Shown here piece after piece: positions 9,806-18,840 of a stretch of DNA of 64,000 bases; position 1 is the first letter of the stretch; each line of letters opens with the position of its first letter. A program made the position numbers and the translations under genes. The notes below the pieces were generated by a model. It was not told the origin of the DNA. It did no database searches and saw only the letters and a program-made list of their open reading frames with translations. The DNA lies in the NCBI GenBank assembly GCA_965219455.1, contig OZ244744.1, positions 3,744,001-3,808,000 of the forward strand. The letters run 5' to 3'. The stretch comes from Candidatus Latescibacterota bacterium. Lineage in GTDB: Bacteria > Latescibacterota > UBA2968 > GCA-2709665.

Positions 9806-10780
9806 GTGTTGTCCTCCGCTCTCTTTCTCGCATTCGGTTTCGGAAGCGCTCTGTTATTGACACCGCTGCTTCGGGCCGTTGCGCTACGCGCATCGTGGTT
9901 GAAATCGGGCGGCGCCAACGGATCGCAGTCGGTTCCTCCCATAGGCGGCGTGGCCATAGCAATCGCCACCCTGCTGCTGCTACCCTTTGCGCCCTTGTCG
10001 TTTCCCGTTGGCCTGTGGATCGGCGCGCTTGGCATGGGCGCCATTGGATTCGTCGACGATAAGTGGCCGCTATCGCCTTTTCAAAAGCTTGCGTTTCAAA
10101 TCTTTACGGTCGCCATTACAGTCGGGAGCGGGCTGCGGTTCAACACAACGGGCAGTACCGTGTTCGACGCCGTGCTTACCGGAGTGTGGCTGGTATGGAT
10201 GTGCAACGCGTTCAACGTGCTCGACATGATGGATGGCTTGTCCGCGGGCGCGGGCGCCATCGCTTCGATTGGCCTGGCCGGCCTGGGGTTGGTCGGCGGC
10301 GCCGCGCCGGTTGTGATTCTGGGTGCCAGCCTGGCGGGAGGCTTTTTGGGATTTCTGGTGTACAATGCCCATCCGGCCCGGGTCTATATGGGCGACGCCG
10401 GCAGTCTTTTTGCGGGATTTGTGCTCGGCGCCATGTCCGTTCAGGTTTCCAGGGCGATGCCCGGGGTGCAGGGTGAACTCTGCGCGATCCTGGTGCTGGG
10501 CGTGCCCTGTTTCGAAGCCCTGTTTCTTTGTGTCGTGAGGAAGAAAAAGGGCTTGCCCGTGATGAGGGCCAGCCGTGATCACGTGGCACAGCGGCTGGTC
10601 AGAATGGGATATTCCGTGGGGGGCGCGGTTCGGCGCATTCATCTTGCGGGTGCGCTTCTGGCCCTTTGCGGAATCCTGGCGGCCGTGGTGCCGGCCGCGG
10701 TTTGCGTTATAATCCTGGTTTCTGTGATCGGAACGGCGGTATGGACCGGCGTGCGGTTGGCCCGTGTGGAGACCGTATAA
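9806..10780 (+). CDS. wecA: Undecaprenyl-phosphate HexNAc-1-phosphate transferase (MraY/WecA family)
   Basis: PPIGG, GFVDD, NAFNVLDMMDGL, YNAHPARVYMGDAGS, DHVAQRL. Confidence 0.88.
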   Translation: MLSSALFLAFGFGSALLLTPLLRAVALRASWLKSGGANGSQSVPPIGGVAIAIATLLLLPFAPLSFPVGLWIGALGMGAIGFVDDKWPLSPFQKLAFQIFTVAITVGSGLRFNTTGSTVFDAVLTGVWLVWMCNAFNVLDMMDGLSAGAGAIASIGLAGLGLVGGAAPVVILGASLAGGFLGFLVYNAHPARVYMGDAGSLFAGFVLGAMSVQVSRAMPGVQGELCAILVLGVPCFEALFLCVVRKKKGLPVMRASRDHVAQRLVRMGYSVGGAVRRIHLAGALLALCGILAAVVPAAVCVIILVSVIGTAVWTGVRLARVETV

Positions 10781-10877
10781 CAGTCCGTTGAAAAAGTTGC
10801 TCTGCAGGCGATGCCGGCCGCCTGTCTGCGTGCGTACGCACAGGCAGGCAGACCGGATGGACTTTTTCAACGGGCTG
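10781..10877. mobile_element. MITE-like element family A, copy 1
   Basis: Terminal inverted repeats CAGTCCGTTGAAAAAGT / ACTTTTTCAACGGGCTG, flanked by ATAA on both sides; internal GC hairpin; the same ends recur at 46988-47147. Confidence 0.75.
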
Positions 10878-10892
10878 ATAAGGAGAGGCCGG

Positions 10893-12347
10893 ATGACCGA
10901 CCTGCGTCGCACAACCGTCCGCGGTTTCTCGTGGACCGGTCTGGCGCAGGGTTCCGGTTATCTGATTCAGGTGGGTGCGCTGGGGGTGGCGGTGCGGCAT
11001 CTGAGCGAACCGTCCCGGGCGTTCGGAACAGAGGTTGCCGCAGCCACGATTGTGGGGGTGGGCATACTGTCCGCGGAAATGGGCTTGGGGCGAGCCCTTA
11101 TTCAGAAGCGGGATGCGCACGGGGCGCATCTGGCTGCAGCGTTCTGGATGGGCCTCTGCATTTCCTGTTCGTTGGCCGCCCTTCTCTATCTGACCGCCCG
11201 GTTCTGGGGCGGACTTTTTTTTGATGACCCTCAGGTTTCCTCTGTTCTGCCGCCAATGGCCTGGGGGCTGGTCTTCGCCGGCCTGGGGACCGTTCCCCGG
11301 GCGGAGATGGAACGTACGTTCCGCTTCGGGCAGTTGGCGATTCTGGATGTTTGCGCGGCGTTTTCCAGCGGATTCACGATGGCCCTTCTGGCCGTGTGGG
11401 GATACGAGGTGTGGAGTCTCGTCTGGGCTTACGTGGTCCGCCATGCGGTTCTTGGCTTAGGTCCCTGGATATTCTGCCCCGTAAATGCGAACCGTACCTT
11501 TAAAATTGCCGATGCAAGGGTATTGCTCGGATTCGGCGGTAAATGGACTGGTTCAAGGTTGGTGGGCTATGTCCAGCAGAACCTGGACTATCTTCTTATC
11601 GGCAGGTTTCTGGGGATCGAGGCGCTGGGCTACTACGGGTTGGCTTACCGGCTTATTGCATTTCCGCAAACCCGCGTGGTTCAGGCCATTGCAAAGGTCA
11701 CCTTTCCGGCCTTTTCCGCCCTGCAGGATGATGTCGTCCGGCTTGGACGGGCGTATATAGCCACTGTGAAATACGTCGCCGTGCTTGTGTTTCCGATTAT
11801 GGCGGGATTTTACCTGTTGGCGCATCCCGGTGTGGCATTGCTTTTTGAGCCGGAGATGGCGCCCGCGGCGGTCGTCCTTCAGGTGCTCTGTCCGGCCGGG
11901 GCGCTACGGTCTATCGCGTCTCCCGCCGGGTTGGTCTTTTCCGCCCTGGGCCGCACCGGCCTGGCGCTTATCTGGAATATCGGCGGCGCCATCTTTATGC
12001 TGGTGGTTTTATGGTTCGGTATTGCCGGGGGGATCACGGGCGCCGCGCTGGCGGTAAGCCTTGGCGTGGCGGTCCTGACCGTGGTCTCGCAGGGTATCGT
12101 GAACCGGCTTGCCCGGATAACATTTGAAGAATACTTCAAAGCGTTGTATCCCGCTGCGCTGAGCAGTGGATTGATGATGGGCGTGGTCGCCGGATACAAG
12201 TGGCTGGTGGTTGGCGTACTGCCCGATTCTGTGTTGATTGCCTCCTGCGTGGTTGCGGGTGTGTTCGTTTATCCGCTTGTTTTCCGTTTTTTTGCAAAGG
12301 AGACCGCCGTGGAGGCAATGCGTCTTGCCGGATTGATCCGGCGTTAG
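10893..12347 (+). CDS. wzx: Wzx/PST-family polysaccharide flippase
   Basis: MTDLRRTTVRGFSW, EMGLGRALIQ, NLDYLLIGRFLGIEALGYYGLAYRL, VTFPAFSALQDD. ATG 10893 follows AAGGAG; the ORF-track extension is MITE sequence. Confidence 0.92.
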   Translation: MTDLRRTTVRGFSWTGLAQGSGYLIQVGALGVAVRHLSEPSRAFGTEVAAATIVGVGILSAEMGLGRALIQKRDAHGAHLAAAFWMGLCISCSLAALLYLTARFWGGLFFDDPQVSSVLPPMAWGLVFAGLGTVPRAEMERTFRFGQLAILDVCAAFSSGFTMALLAVWGYEVWSLVWAYVVRHAVLGLGPWIFCPVNANRTFKIADARVLLGFGGKWTGSRLVGYVQQNLDYLLIGRFLGIEALGYYGLAYRLIAFPQTRVVQAIAKVTFPAFSALQDDVVRLGRAYIATVKYVAVLVFPIMAGFYLLAHPGVALLFEPEMAPAAVVLQVLCPAGALRSIASPAGLVFSALGRTGLALIWNIGGAIFMLVVLWFGIAGGITGAALAVSLGVAVLTVVSQGIVNRLARITFEEYFKALYPAALSSGLMMGVVAGYKWLVVGVLPDSVLIASCVVAGVFVYPLVFRFFAKETAVEAMRLAGLIRR

Positions 12348-12510
12348 GAAGCTGTCTTAAAACCCCCTGCGGTCTTCGCGCGGCTGCAAAAGCGTCGGTC
12401 GGCGTTGGTCAAACCCACCCGTATCCCAAAGATAGGGGCGGGTTCTCCCGCCTTCACCGACACCTTTTCGCTCGCGCTCGGGAACTCACCGGGAATTTTA
12501 AAACAGCTTC
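12348..12510. mobile_element. MITE-like element family B
   Basis: 15-bp terminal inverted repeats GAAGCTGTCTTAAAA / TTTTAAAACAGCTTC (1 mismatch), flanked by TTAG/TCAG; nested internal inverted repeats; fills the intergenic gap. Confidence 0.7.
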
Positions 12511-12523
12511 TCAGGATACGCGT

Positions 12524-13366
12524 ATGGCTCGATTGCCGAATTTCCTGATTATCGGCGCCCAGAAATGCGGAACGACGTGGCTCGTGGCCATGCTTCGCCA
12601 GCATCCCGACGTGTATATGCCCGAACAGGAGGTACACTTCTTCGATAAGGCCGGGAATTACGAAAAGGGCATCGAATGGTATGCCAGACATTTCGCGGGG
12701 GCGGAAAACAGAAGACGAGTGGGTGAGAAAACGCCAGACTATTTCTGGGCAGGCGGGCGAGGCGGTGAAGGACATATGCCGGATGTACACCGGCATATCC
12801 ACAGACATCTGCCCGACGCCAAACTGATCGTTACGCTCAAGAATCCGGTGGATCGGGCGGTCTCCGCGGTAAAGCACCTGATACGGACCCGTCGGATATC
12901 TCCGCTGCATCGAATGGACGATTTGCTGGCGGGCGGAAAATCCGCCTTGCTGGAAGGGTTCGGAGTCTTCGAGGTGGGTCGGTTCTCTACGTTGCTCACC
13001 GCCTATCTGGATCTCTTCAGGCGGGATCAGATTCTGGTCCTTTTTTTTGAAGAAGATATCGTGCAGCGCCCGCAAGAGGGCCTGAAAAAGATCTGTGCCT
13101 TTCTGGAAATCGACGATTCCGTTCGTTTTTCGGGGATAGCGCAGCGGGTCAATCGATTCGACAGCTGCAAATTACACCTGGTCGCCCGGTATTATTTCCC
13201 GGTCTTGTCCCCTTTGACAAGCGTACTCGGACGCCTCTTGCCGGAGAGCGATTATCTTCCCAGCGAATCCGTGCTCCAACACTTGCACGGGCTTTACCGC
13301 GAAGAAAATCGAAAGTTGTTCGATCTTCTCGGGCGTGAATCTCCGGTATCGTGGCTTGCAACCTGA
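12524..13366 (+). CDS. PAPS-dependent sulfotransferase
   Basis: LPNFLIIGAQKCGTTWL (5'-PSB loop), EVHFFD, GEKTPDY, LKNPVDRAVSA (3'-PB motif); start at ATG 12524. Confidence 0.92.
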   Translation: MARLPNFLIIGAQKCGTTWLVAMLRQHPDVYMPEQEVHFFDKAGNYEKGIEWYARHFAGAENRRRVGEKTPDYFWAGGRGGEGHMPDVHRHIHRHLPDAKLIVTLKNPVDRAVSAVKHLIRTRRISPLHRMDDLLAGGKSALLEGFGVFEVGRFSTLLTAYLDLFRRDQILVLFFEEDIVQRPQEGLKKICAFLEIDDSVRFSGIAQRVNRFDSCKLHLVARYYFPVLSPLTSVLGRLLPESDYLPSESVLQHLHGLYREENRKLFDLLGRESPVSWLAT

Positions 13367-13398
13367 TGGCGGGTTCCCCCCAAATGCGCCGTTTTCCA

Positions 13399-13427
13399 TT
13401 GATTCCCCGGAATCTCGTGTTTATATT
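13399..13427 (+). promoter_or_regulatory. Putative internal sigma70 promoter
   Basis: TTGATT-N17-TATATT followed by GAAGGAG RBS; shares GTGTTTATATT with 14755-14783. Confidence 0.5.
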
Positions 13428-13444
13428 GAAGGAGCTTTCCTGCC

Positions 13445-14533
13445 TTGAGGGTTTTTTTTGTCGCGCTCACCGGGCCCCGGTTTGCCGCCAGCCGTACACG
13501 TGTGTTTGATTATCTGCCCTTCCTTAAAGCCAATGGCGTGCAGGCCGACGTGGCAGTTGTATTGCCCGATCGGATGTCCACCTGGACATACTCGCGGAGA
13601 GGGTTCGGGCGTCTGATCCACTATATCTGGGTGTGGTGGCGCTCGCTCCGGCTGGGGTTGCGCACCCTCCGTTTTGCGCCCGGATACCACGTCGTGTTTG
13701 TGCAGCGGACCTTTTTCTGCGCACCGATTGCCAGGCTGTTGCGAAAAATTTCACGGAAGGTCATCTTCGATTTCGACGACGCTATCTTTACCACCGAGGC
13801 ACCCGATGAAAACTGGATGGGGCGGCTCCGAACGTGGCACCACTCGCGTGGGCTGGCAAAGATGCTCCGGGCGGCATCCAGGGTTATCGTCGAAAATACG
13901 TACACAGCCGCGTATGCCGAACGGTACTGCCCGGAGGTGTCGATCATCACGGGGCCGATCGACACGGGTCGGTATGCCCCCGGCGGAGAGGTCGATGGAT
14001 GCGGCGACGTGGTTCTGGGCTGGATCGGCAGCTACACGTCCGCCCCCTATCTGGAACTGATCCGGGAGCCTCTGGCCGAACTGGGTGCCCGACACCACCA
14101 TCTCCGGCTTTGTCTGATCGGCGAGGGCGGATTTGATACGGACGCTGTGCCCCTTGAATGGCGCCCCTGGTCTATGGAAACCGAGGTCCGGGACCTGCGC
14201 AGCTTCGATATCGGCCTGATGCCGTTGCCCGACGATCCGTGGACCCGGGGAAAGGGAGGCTACAAGCTTCTTCAATACCTCTCGATGGGAATTCCGGCTG
14301 TGAGCAGCCCGGTGGGCATAAACCGCGAAATCGTGGAAGACGGCGTCAACGGTTTCTGCGCACGGTCGCACGGCGAGTGGGTATCCTGTCTCGAACGGCT
14401 GATTCTGGATCGGGCGCTTCGGCATCGGATGGGCGAAGCCGGACGCGCAAAAATGGAAGCGTGTTATTCGCTGGAACGGAGCAGCCAGCGACTGTTGCGG
14501 ATCCTGAGTTCGGTCGCCCGGGCGGAGGCCTGA
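13445..14533 (+). CDS. Glycosyltransferase family 4 (GT-B)
   Basis: ASRTRV, FDFDDAIF, LGWIGS, FDIGLMPL...GKGGYKLLQY...SPVGIN. Confidence 0.92.
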   Translation: MRVFFVALTGPRFAASRTRVFDYLPFLKANGVQADVAVVLPDRMSTWTYSRRGFGRLIHYIWVWWRSLRLGLRTLRFAPGYHVVFVQRTFFCAPIARLLRKISRKVIFDFDDAIFTTEAPDENWMGRLRTWHHSRGLAKMLRAASRVIVENTYTAAYAERYCPEVSIITGPIDTGRYAPGGEVDGCGDVVLGWIGSYTSAPYLELIREPLAELGARHHHLRLCLIGEGGFDTDAVPLEWRPWSMETEVRDLRSFDIGLMPLPDDPWTRGKGGYKLLQYLSMGIPAVSSPVGINREIVEDGVNGFCARSHGEWVSCLERLILDRALRHRMGEAGRAKMEACYSLERSSQRLLRILSSVARAEA

Positions 14534-14754
14534 GCGTGCCTCGTCGATCCGGGTTCGATTTCGAGTGTGCCCAACGGAAGCGGCGCGCTCCGGAGGTGGT
14601 TGAACCGGCCTTCGCCGGTACGGGCGGATGTGGTCGATGGAGAGGGCGAAACGGGTTCTTCCTTCTGCGGGTCAAGGCGCCTTCTCGACAATAACCGTTG
14701 AGTCACGCGAGCATATCTATACGATTCACTTATACTTACATAATAACTTTTACG

Positions 14755-14783
14755 TTGCCGGTTTACCCCTGGGTGTTTATATT
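14755..14783 (+). promoter_or_regulatory. Putative internal sigma70 promoter
   Basis: TTGCCG-N17-TATATT preceded by an AT-rich tract (14715-14752). Confidence 0.5.
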
Positions 14784-14854
14784 TGAAACGCCGATTCCGG
14801 CGTCGGAGCCTGTTTATCCAACCCGATCGTGGTGATTCCACCTGCGGAGCCGGT

Positions 14855-16078
14855 TTGCCTGCGGATCCTTCTGACGCGCAAACGCCGATTCACCTGGTTC
14901 AAATTATCGATCGTTTGAACGTTGGTGGACCAACGCCCTATCTGCTTTTCCTCTCCAAGACGTTGGAGTCCCGGGGTTGTCGCTCGCTTGTGGTCAAAGG
15001 CCAGGTGGCGCCCGGCGAAGCCGAGATGGAAGACGTTATCAGCCGCTCGGGAATTCAACCCTTTGAGGTGCACGGGTTCAGCCGGGCGATTGTACCGATT
15101 CAGGATTTCAGGGCTCTCGTTGCGATATACCGGTTGTTAAGACGCGTGCGCCCCGAGATTGTCCACACGCACAAGTCGAAAGCAGGTGTGCTTGGTCGTA
15201 TAGCGGCTTGGCTGGCCGGCGTGCCGATTACGCTGCATACGTTTCACGGTCTGGTCTTCAAGGGATATTTTTCAGACTGGAAGACCTGCCTGATTGTGCT
15301 TGTTGAGAGGCTTCTTGCCCGCCGCACCGATGTCCTGGTTGCCGTCTCGGACCGGCAGCGGGTTGAATTGTTGGCCGATCGTATCGCGGCGCCTTCACGC
15401 ATTCGCACGGTTCCGCTGGGCGTGGATCTGGATCCGTTTCTGAACCAGCGGCGCGGCGACGTGGGTTTCCGCGATGAACTGGGGTTCGACACCTCGACGC
15501 GGCTTGTCGGAATCGTGGCGCGGCTGGTGCCAATTAAGGGTGTCGACATTTTCCTGGCCGCCGCCGAACAGGTGGCCAGGGCCCTGCCGGATGTCCGGTT
15601 TGTCGTGATCGGCGACGGGGAACTGCGGACCGAGCTTGAAGCAATTGTACGTGCACGAAAGTTCGAAGACCGGGTGCGGTTTACAGGCTTCCGAACGGAT
15701 ATGGCGCGAATCTACGGTGCGCTCGATCTGTCCGTACTTTCGTCGTATCACGAGGGGTTGCCGGTTGCATTGCTGGAGGCGGTTGCATCCGGATGTTACG
15801 TGGTTGCGTCTCGGGTGGGAGGCGTGCCCGATTTACTTTGGAGCGAACGGATTGGCCTGATGGTCGCGCCTGGCGATCCCGCAGCGCTTGCTGGCGGGAT
15901 TCTGCGGGTGTTACGGGAGCGGCGGGGTATTTCCGCTGAAGAGCGGCGAAGCGTTGTTAAATCATACGGGTTGACACGTTTGGCGAAAGATTTCAGCCAC
16001 CTCTATCGTAAGCTATCCGAAAACAAGCGGGCCGGGGGCGGTTCTCCAGGCGACTGCTGGGAAGGGACGTACGCATGA
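14855..16078 (+). CDS. Glycosyltransferase family 4 (GT-B)
   Basis: RLNVGGP, VHTHKSKAGVLGR, HTFHG, ARLVPIKG, SYHEGLPVALLEA. Start placed at TTG 14855 (GGAG upstream); uncertain. Confidence 0.9.
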   Translation: MPADPSDAQTPIHLVQIIDRLNVGGPTPYLLFLSKTLESRGCRSLVVKGQVAPGEAEMEDVISRSGIQPFEVHGFSRAIVPIQDFRALVAIYRLLRRVRPEIVHTHKSKAGVLGRIAAWLAGVPITLHTFHGLVFKGYFSDWKTCLIVLVERLLARRTDVLVAVSDRQRVELLADRIAAPSRIRTVPLGVDLDPFLNQRRGDVGFRDELGFDTSTRLVGIVARLVPIKGVDIFLAAAEQVARALPDVRFVVIGDGELRTELEAIVRARKFEDRVRFTGFRTDMARIYGALDLSVLSSYHEGLPVALLEAVASGCYVVASRVGGVPDLLWSERIGLMVAPGDPAALAGGILRVLRERRGISAEERRSVVKSYGLTRLAKDFSHLYRKLSENKRAGGGSPGDCWEGTYA

Positions 16079-17049
16079 AGGTGTTGATTACCGGCGGGGC
16101 GGGGTTCATAGGATCACATTTGGCCGAACGGCATTTGAGACGAGGCGACGAGGTTTCCGTTCTCGACGATCTATCCACCGGAGATTACAACAATATCCAC
16201 CACCTGGAGTCCAACCCCCGGTTCAACATAAAGGTTGGCACGATTCTGGAGTCGGAAACGCTGCGTCCTCTGGTGGAGTGGTGCGATATGATTTATCACC
16301 TGGCCGCTGCGGTGGGCGTGAATTACATCATTGACAATCCGCTGCATTCCCTGACGACCAATATCCGGGGCACCGAAATTGTTCTGGAACTCGCCAATAA
16401 AGACAAGAAGCGCGTGATGCTTGCGTCGACTTCGGAGGTGTACGGCAAGAAGAACGGCAAGGTGTCCTTCCAGGAAAACGACGATCGGCTGCTCGGGCCC
16501 ATTACCGTCGACCGCTGGATCTATTCCACAACAAAGGCGGTGGACGAGATGCTGGGTCTGTCCTATTGGCGTGAGAAGAAGCTGCCCATGCTGATTGTGC
16601 GGTTTTTCAACGTCATCGGCCCGAGGCAGACCGGCGACTACGGCATGGTCGTTCCCCGAATGGTCAAACAGGCGCTCCTGGGGCACCCGATTACGGTGTA
16701 CGGCAATGGAGAACAACGGCGCTGTTTTACCGACGTCGAAGATGCGCTTGACGGCCTGGTTGCACTGGCCGAACATCCCCACACGCCAGGTGAGATTTTC
16801 AATTTGGGCGGTAACGTCGAGACCAACGAAACCAGCATCATCAATCTGGCGCATAAGGTCAAGACGCTGACGGAAAGTGACGCGCCGATTGAATTCGTGC
16901 CTTACGACAAGGCATTTGCAAAGGGATCGTACGAAGACCTCAACTACCGGGTGCCGGATCTCTCCAAACTCAGGTCGTTCGTGGACTACGAGCCGAAAAT
17001 GAGCCTCGATAACACCCTGCGGCGCATTATCGGTTATTTCGAGTCGTAA
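16075..17049 (+). CDS. NAD-dependent nucleotide-sugar epimerase/dehydratase (extended SDR)
   Basis: TGGAGFIGSH, HLAAAVGV, STSEVYG, YSTTK, RFFNVIGPRQ. Confidence 0.95.
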   Translation: MKVLITGGAGFIGSHLAERHLRRGDEVSVLDDLSTGDYNNIHHLESNPRFNIKVGTILESETLRPLVEWCDMIYHLAAAVGVNYIIDNPLHSLTTNIRGTEIVLELANKDKKRVMLASTSEVYGKKNGKVSFQENDDRLLGPITVDRWIYSTTKAVDEMLGLSYWREKKLPMLIVRFFNVIGPRQTGDYGMVVPRMVKQALLGHPITVYGNGEQRRCFTDVEDALDGLVALAEHPHTPGEIFNLGGNVETNETSIINLAHKVKTLTESDAPIEFVPYDKAFAKGSYEDLNYRVPDLSKLRSFVDYEPKMSLDNTLRRIIGYFES

Positions 17050-17182
17050 CAGAGCGAACGTCAATCCGGGCGCTCGTACGCGCGGGTCGTCGTGAAGGTC
17101 GGAGCGAACTCACCGGCGCACGATCCGCGTTCCAATATATGAATGTTATTCAACTGGCGTTGGACCGTCCGAATCCTCTTGC

Positions 17183-18829
17183 TTGAAAGGACGGGGCTGG
17201 CCGTGCGCCGGTTTTTTTTATTGCGGGGTCGTTTTGCGGGACCACCGTTCGATCGGCTGGATCTGCACGGGTTGTATTGTGTTCGGTTCGTTCGCCGTTC
17301 TGCTTCTCCTGCTATCTTCCGGTGTGTCATTGCTCGACGACGACTGGGGTCACCTCCGTTTGTGCGCGGAGGGTATTCAAACCATTCTAAACACCAGTTG
17401 GACAGGGCTCGCGGGTGCCGGGGGATATTATCGTCCGGTTGTCACCCTGACGCTCTACGCGACCTTTCTGTTCGTGGAATACGATCCCGTGTTCCATCAC
17501 GTTGGCAACGTGTTGATTCACTGTTTTTGCGGCATTCTGGTATGTTTACTGGCGCGGCGGCTGCTGGCCGGGTCATTGGCCGCCTGGACGGCGCTCCTTC
17601 TTTTTCATGTGCTGCCCGTCCACACGGATACCATATTCTGGATCGTCGGCCGTACGGATTCCGCCTGTACGTTGTTCTACCTGTCTGCATTGCTCTTCTT
17701 TCTGGTCTACCAGGATCGCCCGTCTCCGGGTTTGCTGGCCGGTGGAAGCCTTTGCTTCTTGCTGGCGCTTTTTTCGAAAGAGATGGCGCTGTCTCTGCCG
17801 GGCGTGCTCCTGATCCTCTTATTGCATGGCGGGACATTCCGCTCTGCGGCGGCGCGGCGGGCCCTGGCGTGCTGTGTCGCCACCGTGGGAGTCTACCTGT
17901 GCGTCCGTTGGATCGTATTGGGCGGGGTATTAACGGGGATTCCGGATCGGGACCTCACGGCGACGGGGCTCGGCCTGGACGTTCTCAAGTCCGGGGCGAA
18001 GATGGGGATGACCGATTACCGGTTTTTCGGCGCCGTTCTGCTGGTGGCGACCGCCGGCGTGTTCTGGTTGTCGGGCCGGCCGCGCGAGGTGCTGCGGGAC
18101 ACGTTGTATCTGGGTGGAATGACCGTGGTCAGCCTGGTGCCCGTTCTCGGAAGGGTTCACCGGTGGTACCTCTATCTGCCTTCCGTATTCTTCTGCGTTG
18201 CGGTTGCGAATGTCTGGGCGACCTGGCAGCCGGATCGACGGGTGGTCCTGTGGTGCAGAAACCTCCTGCTGGCAATGCTGATCGGCTATTATGGCGTGGT
18301 GCTTGCCCGTGAGGGATTGTTCTGGCGGGAGGCTTCGGTCCTGAGCGAAAACGTCCTGGATTCGGTGGCGCCGCTTACGAAAGAAAGCAGCGGAACGGTT
18401 TACGTGTTGAACGTGCCTTCTGCCCTGAGCCCCGCGGGCAGCCTCGGAGAAATACCACTGTTCGCATATGGGCTGAGCAGTGCGTTGGCGGTCCGAGCCG
18501 GGGTTGAAACGTCGGCAGTTGCCGTGAATCACTGCTGGCTTACGGAGCCCGACGGTTTTGAGAGCGACGTGAATCGGCTGGGTCCGATGCACTGGCGGAT
18601 CGACATAAAAAATGGCGGTTTTTTTTCCGTGCATCGGCAGGTTGATGCCAGGACGTTTTATGCGCCGGACGGAAAGCGGTTACTTCCCGGAACCATGAAG
18701 AGGAAGTGGGGCGAAGCGCGGATTCACGGTCCCAGACAGGCTGAGGTTGTACTCGAGCCGGTGCGTGGAAGCCGCGTGGTGATTTTCAACAGGGGCGGAA
18801 TCAGGGAATTGAACCTCGAAAACGAGTAG
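17183..18829 (+). CDS. GT-C-fold membrane glycosyltransferase (PMT/TMTC-like)
   Basis: DDD after TM1, YYRPV, FHHVGNVLIH, LPVHTDTIFWIVGR, ALFSKE, RWYLYLP. Start uncertain. Confidence 0.75.
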   Translation: MKGRGWPCAGFFYCGVVLRDHRSIGWICTGCIVFGSFAVLLLLLSSGVSLLDDDWGHLRLCAEGIQTILNTSWTGLAGAGGYYRPVVTLTLYATFLFVEYDPVFHHVGNVLIHCFCGILVCLLARRLLAGSLAAWTALLLFHVLPVHTDTIFWIVGRTDSACTLFYLSALLFFLVYQDRPSPGLLAGGSLCFLLALFSKEMALSLPGVLLILLLHGGTFRSAAARRALACCVATVGVYLCVRWIVLGGVLTGIPDRDLTATGLGLDVLKSGAKMGMTDYRFFGAVLLVATAGVFWLSGRPREVLRDTLYLGGMTVVSLVPVLGRVHRWYLYLPSVFFCVAVANVWATWQPDRRVVLWCRNLLLAMLIGYYGVVLAREGLFWREASVLSENVLDSVAPLTKESSGTVYVLNVPSALSPAGSLGEIPLFAYGLSSALAVRAGVETSAVAVNHCWLTEPDGFESDVNRLGPMHWRIDIKNGGFFSVHRQVDARTFYAPDGKRLLPGTMKRKWGEARIHGPRQAEVVLEPVRGSRVVIFNRGGIRELNLENE

Positions 18830-18840
18830 GAGTCGGGTAT

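Noticed and set aside
10764-12523. N-terminal extensions of the wzx (10764) and sulfotransferase (12200) ORFs
   Set aside because: The extensions translate MITE DNA or overlap the upstream gene; family homology starts at 10893 and 12524.
17143-18312. 389-aa alternate-frame ORF over the GT-C gene
   Set aside because: Arg/Gly-rich shadow frame; the 17183 frame carries the membrane topology and motifs.
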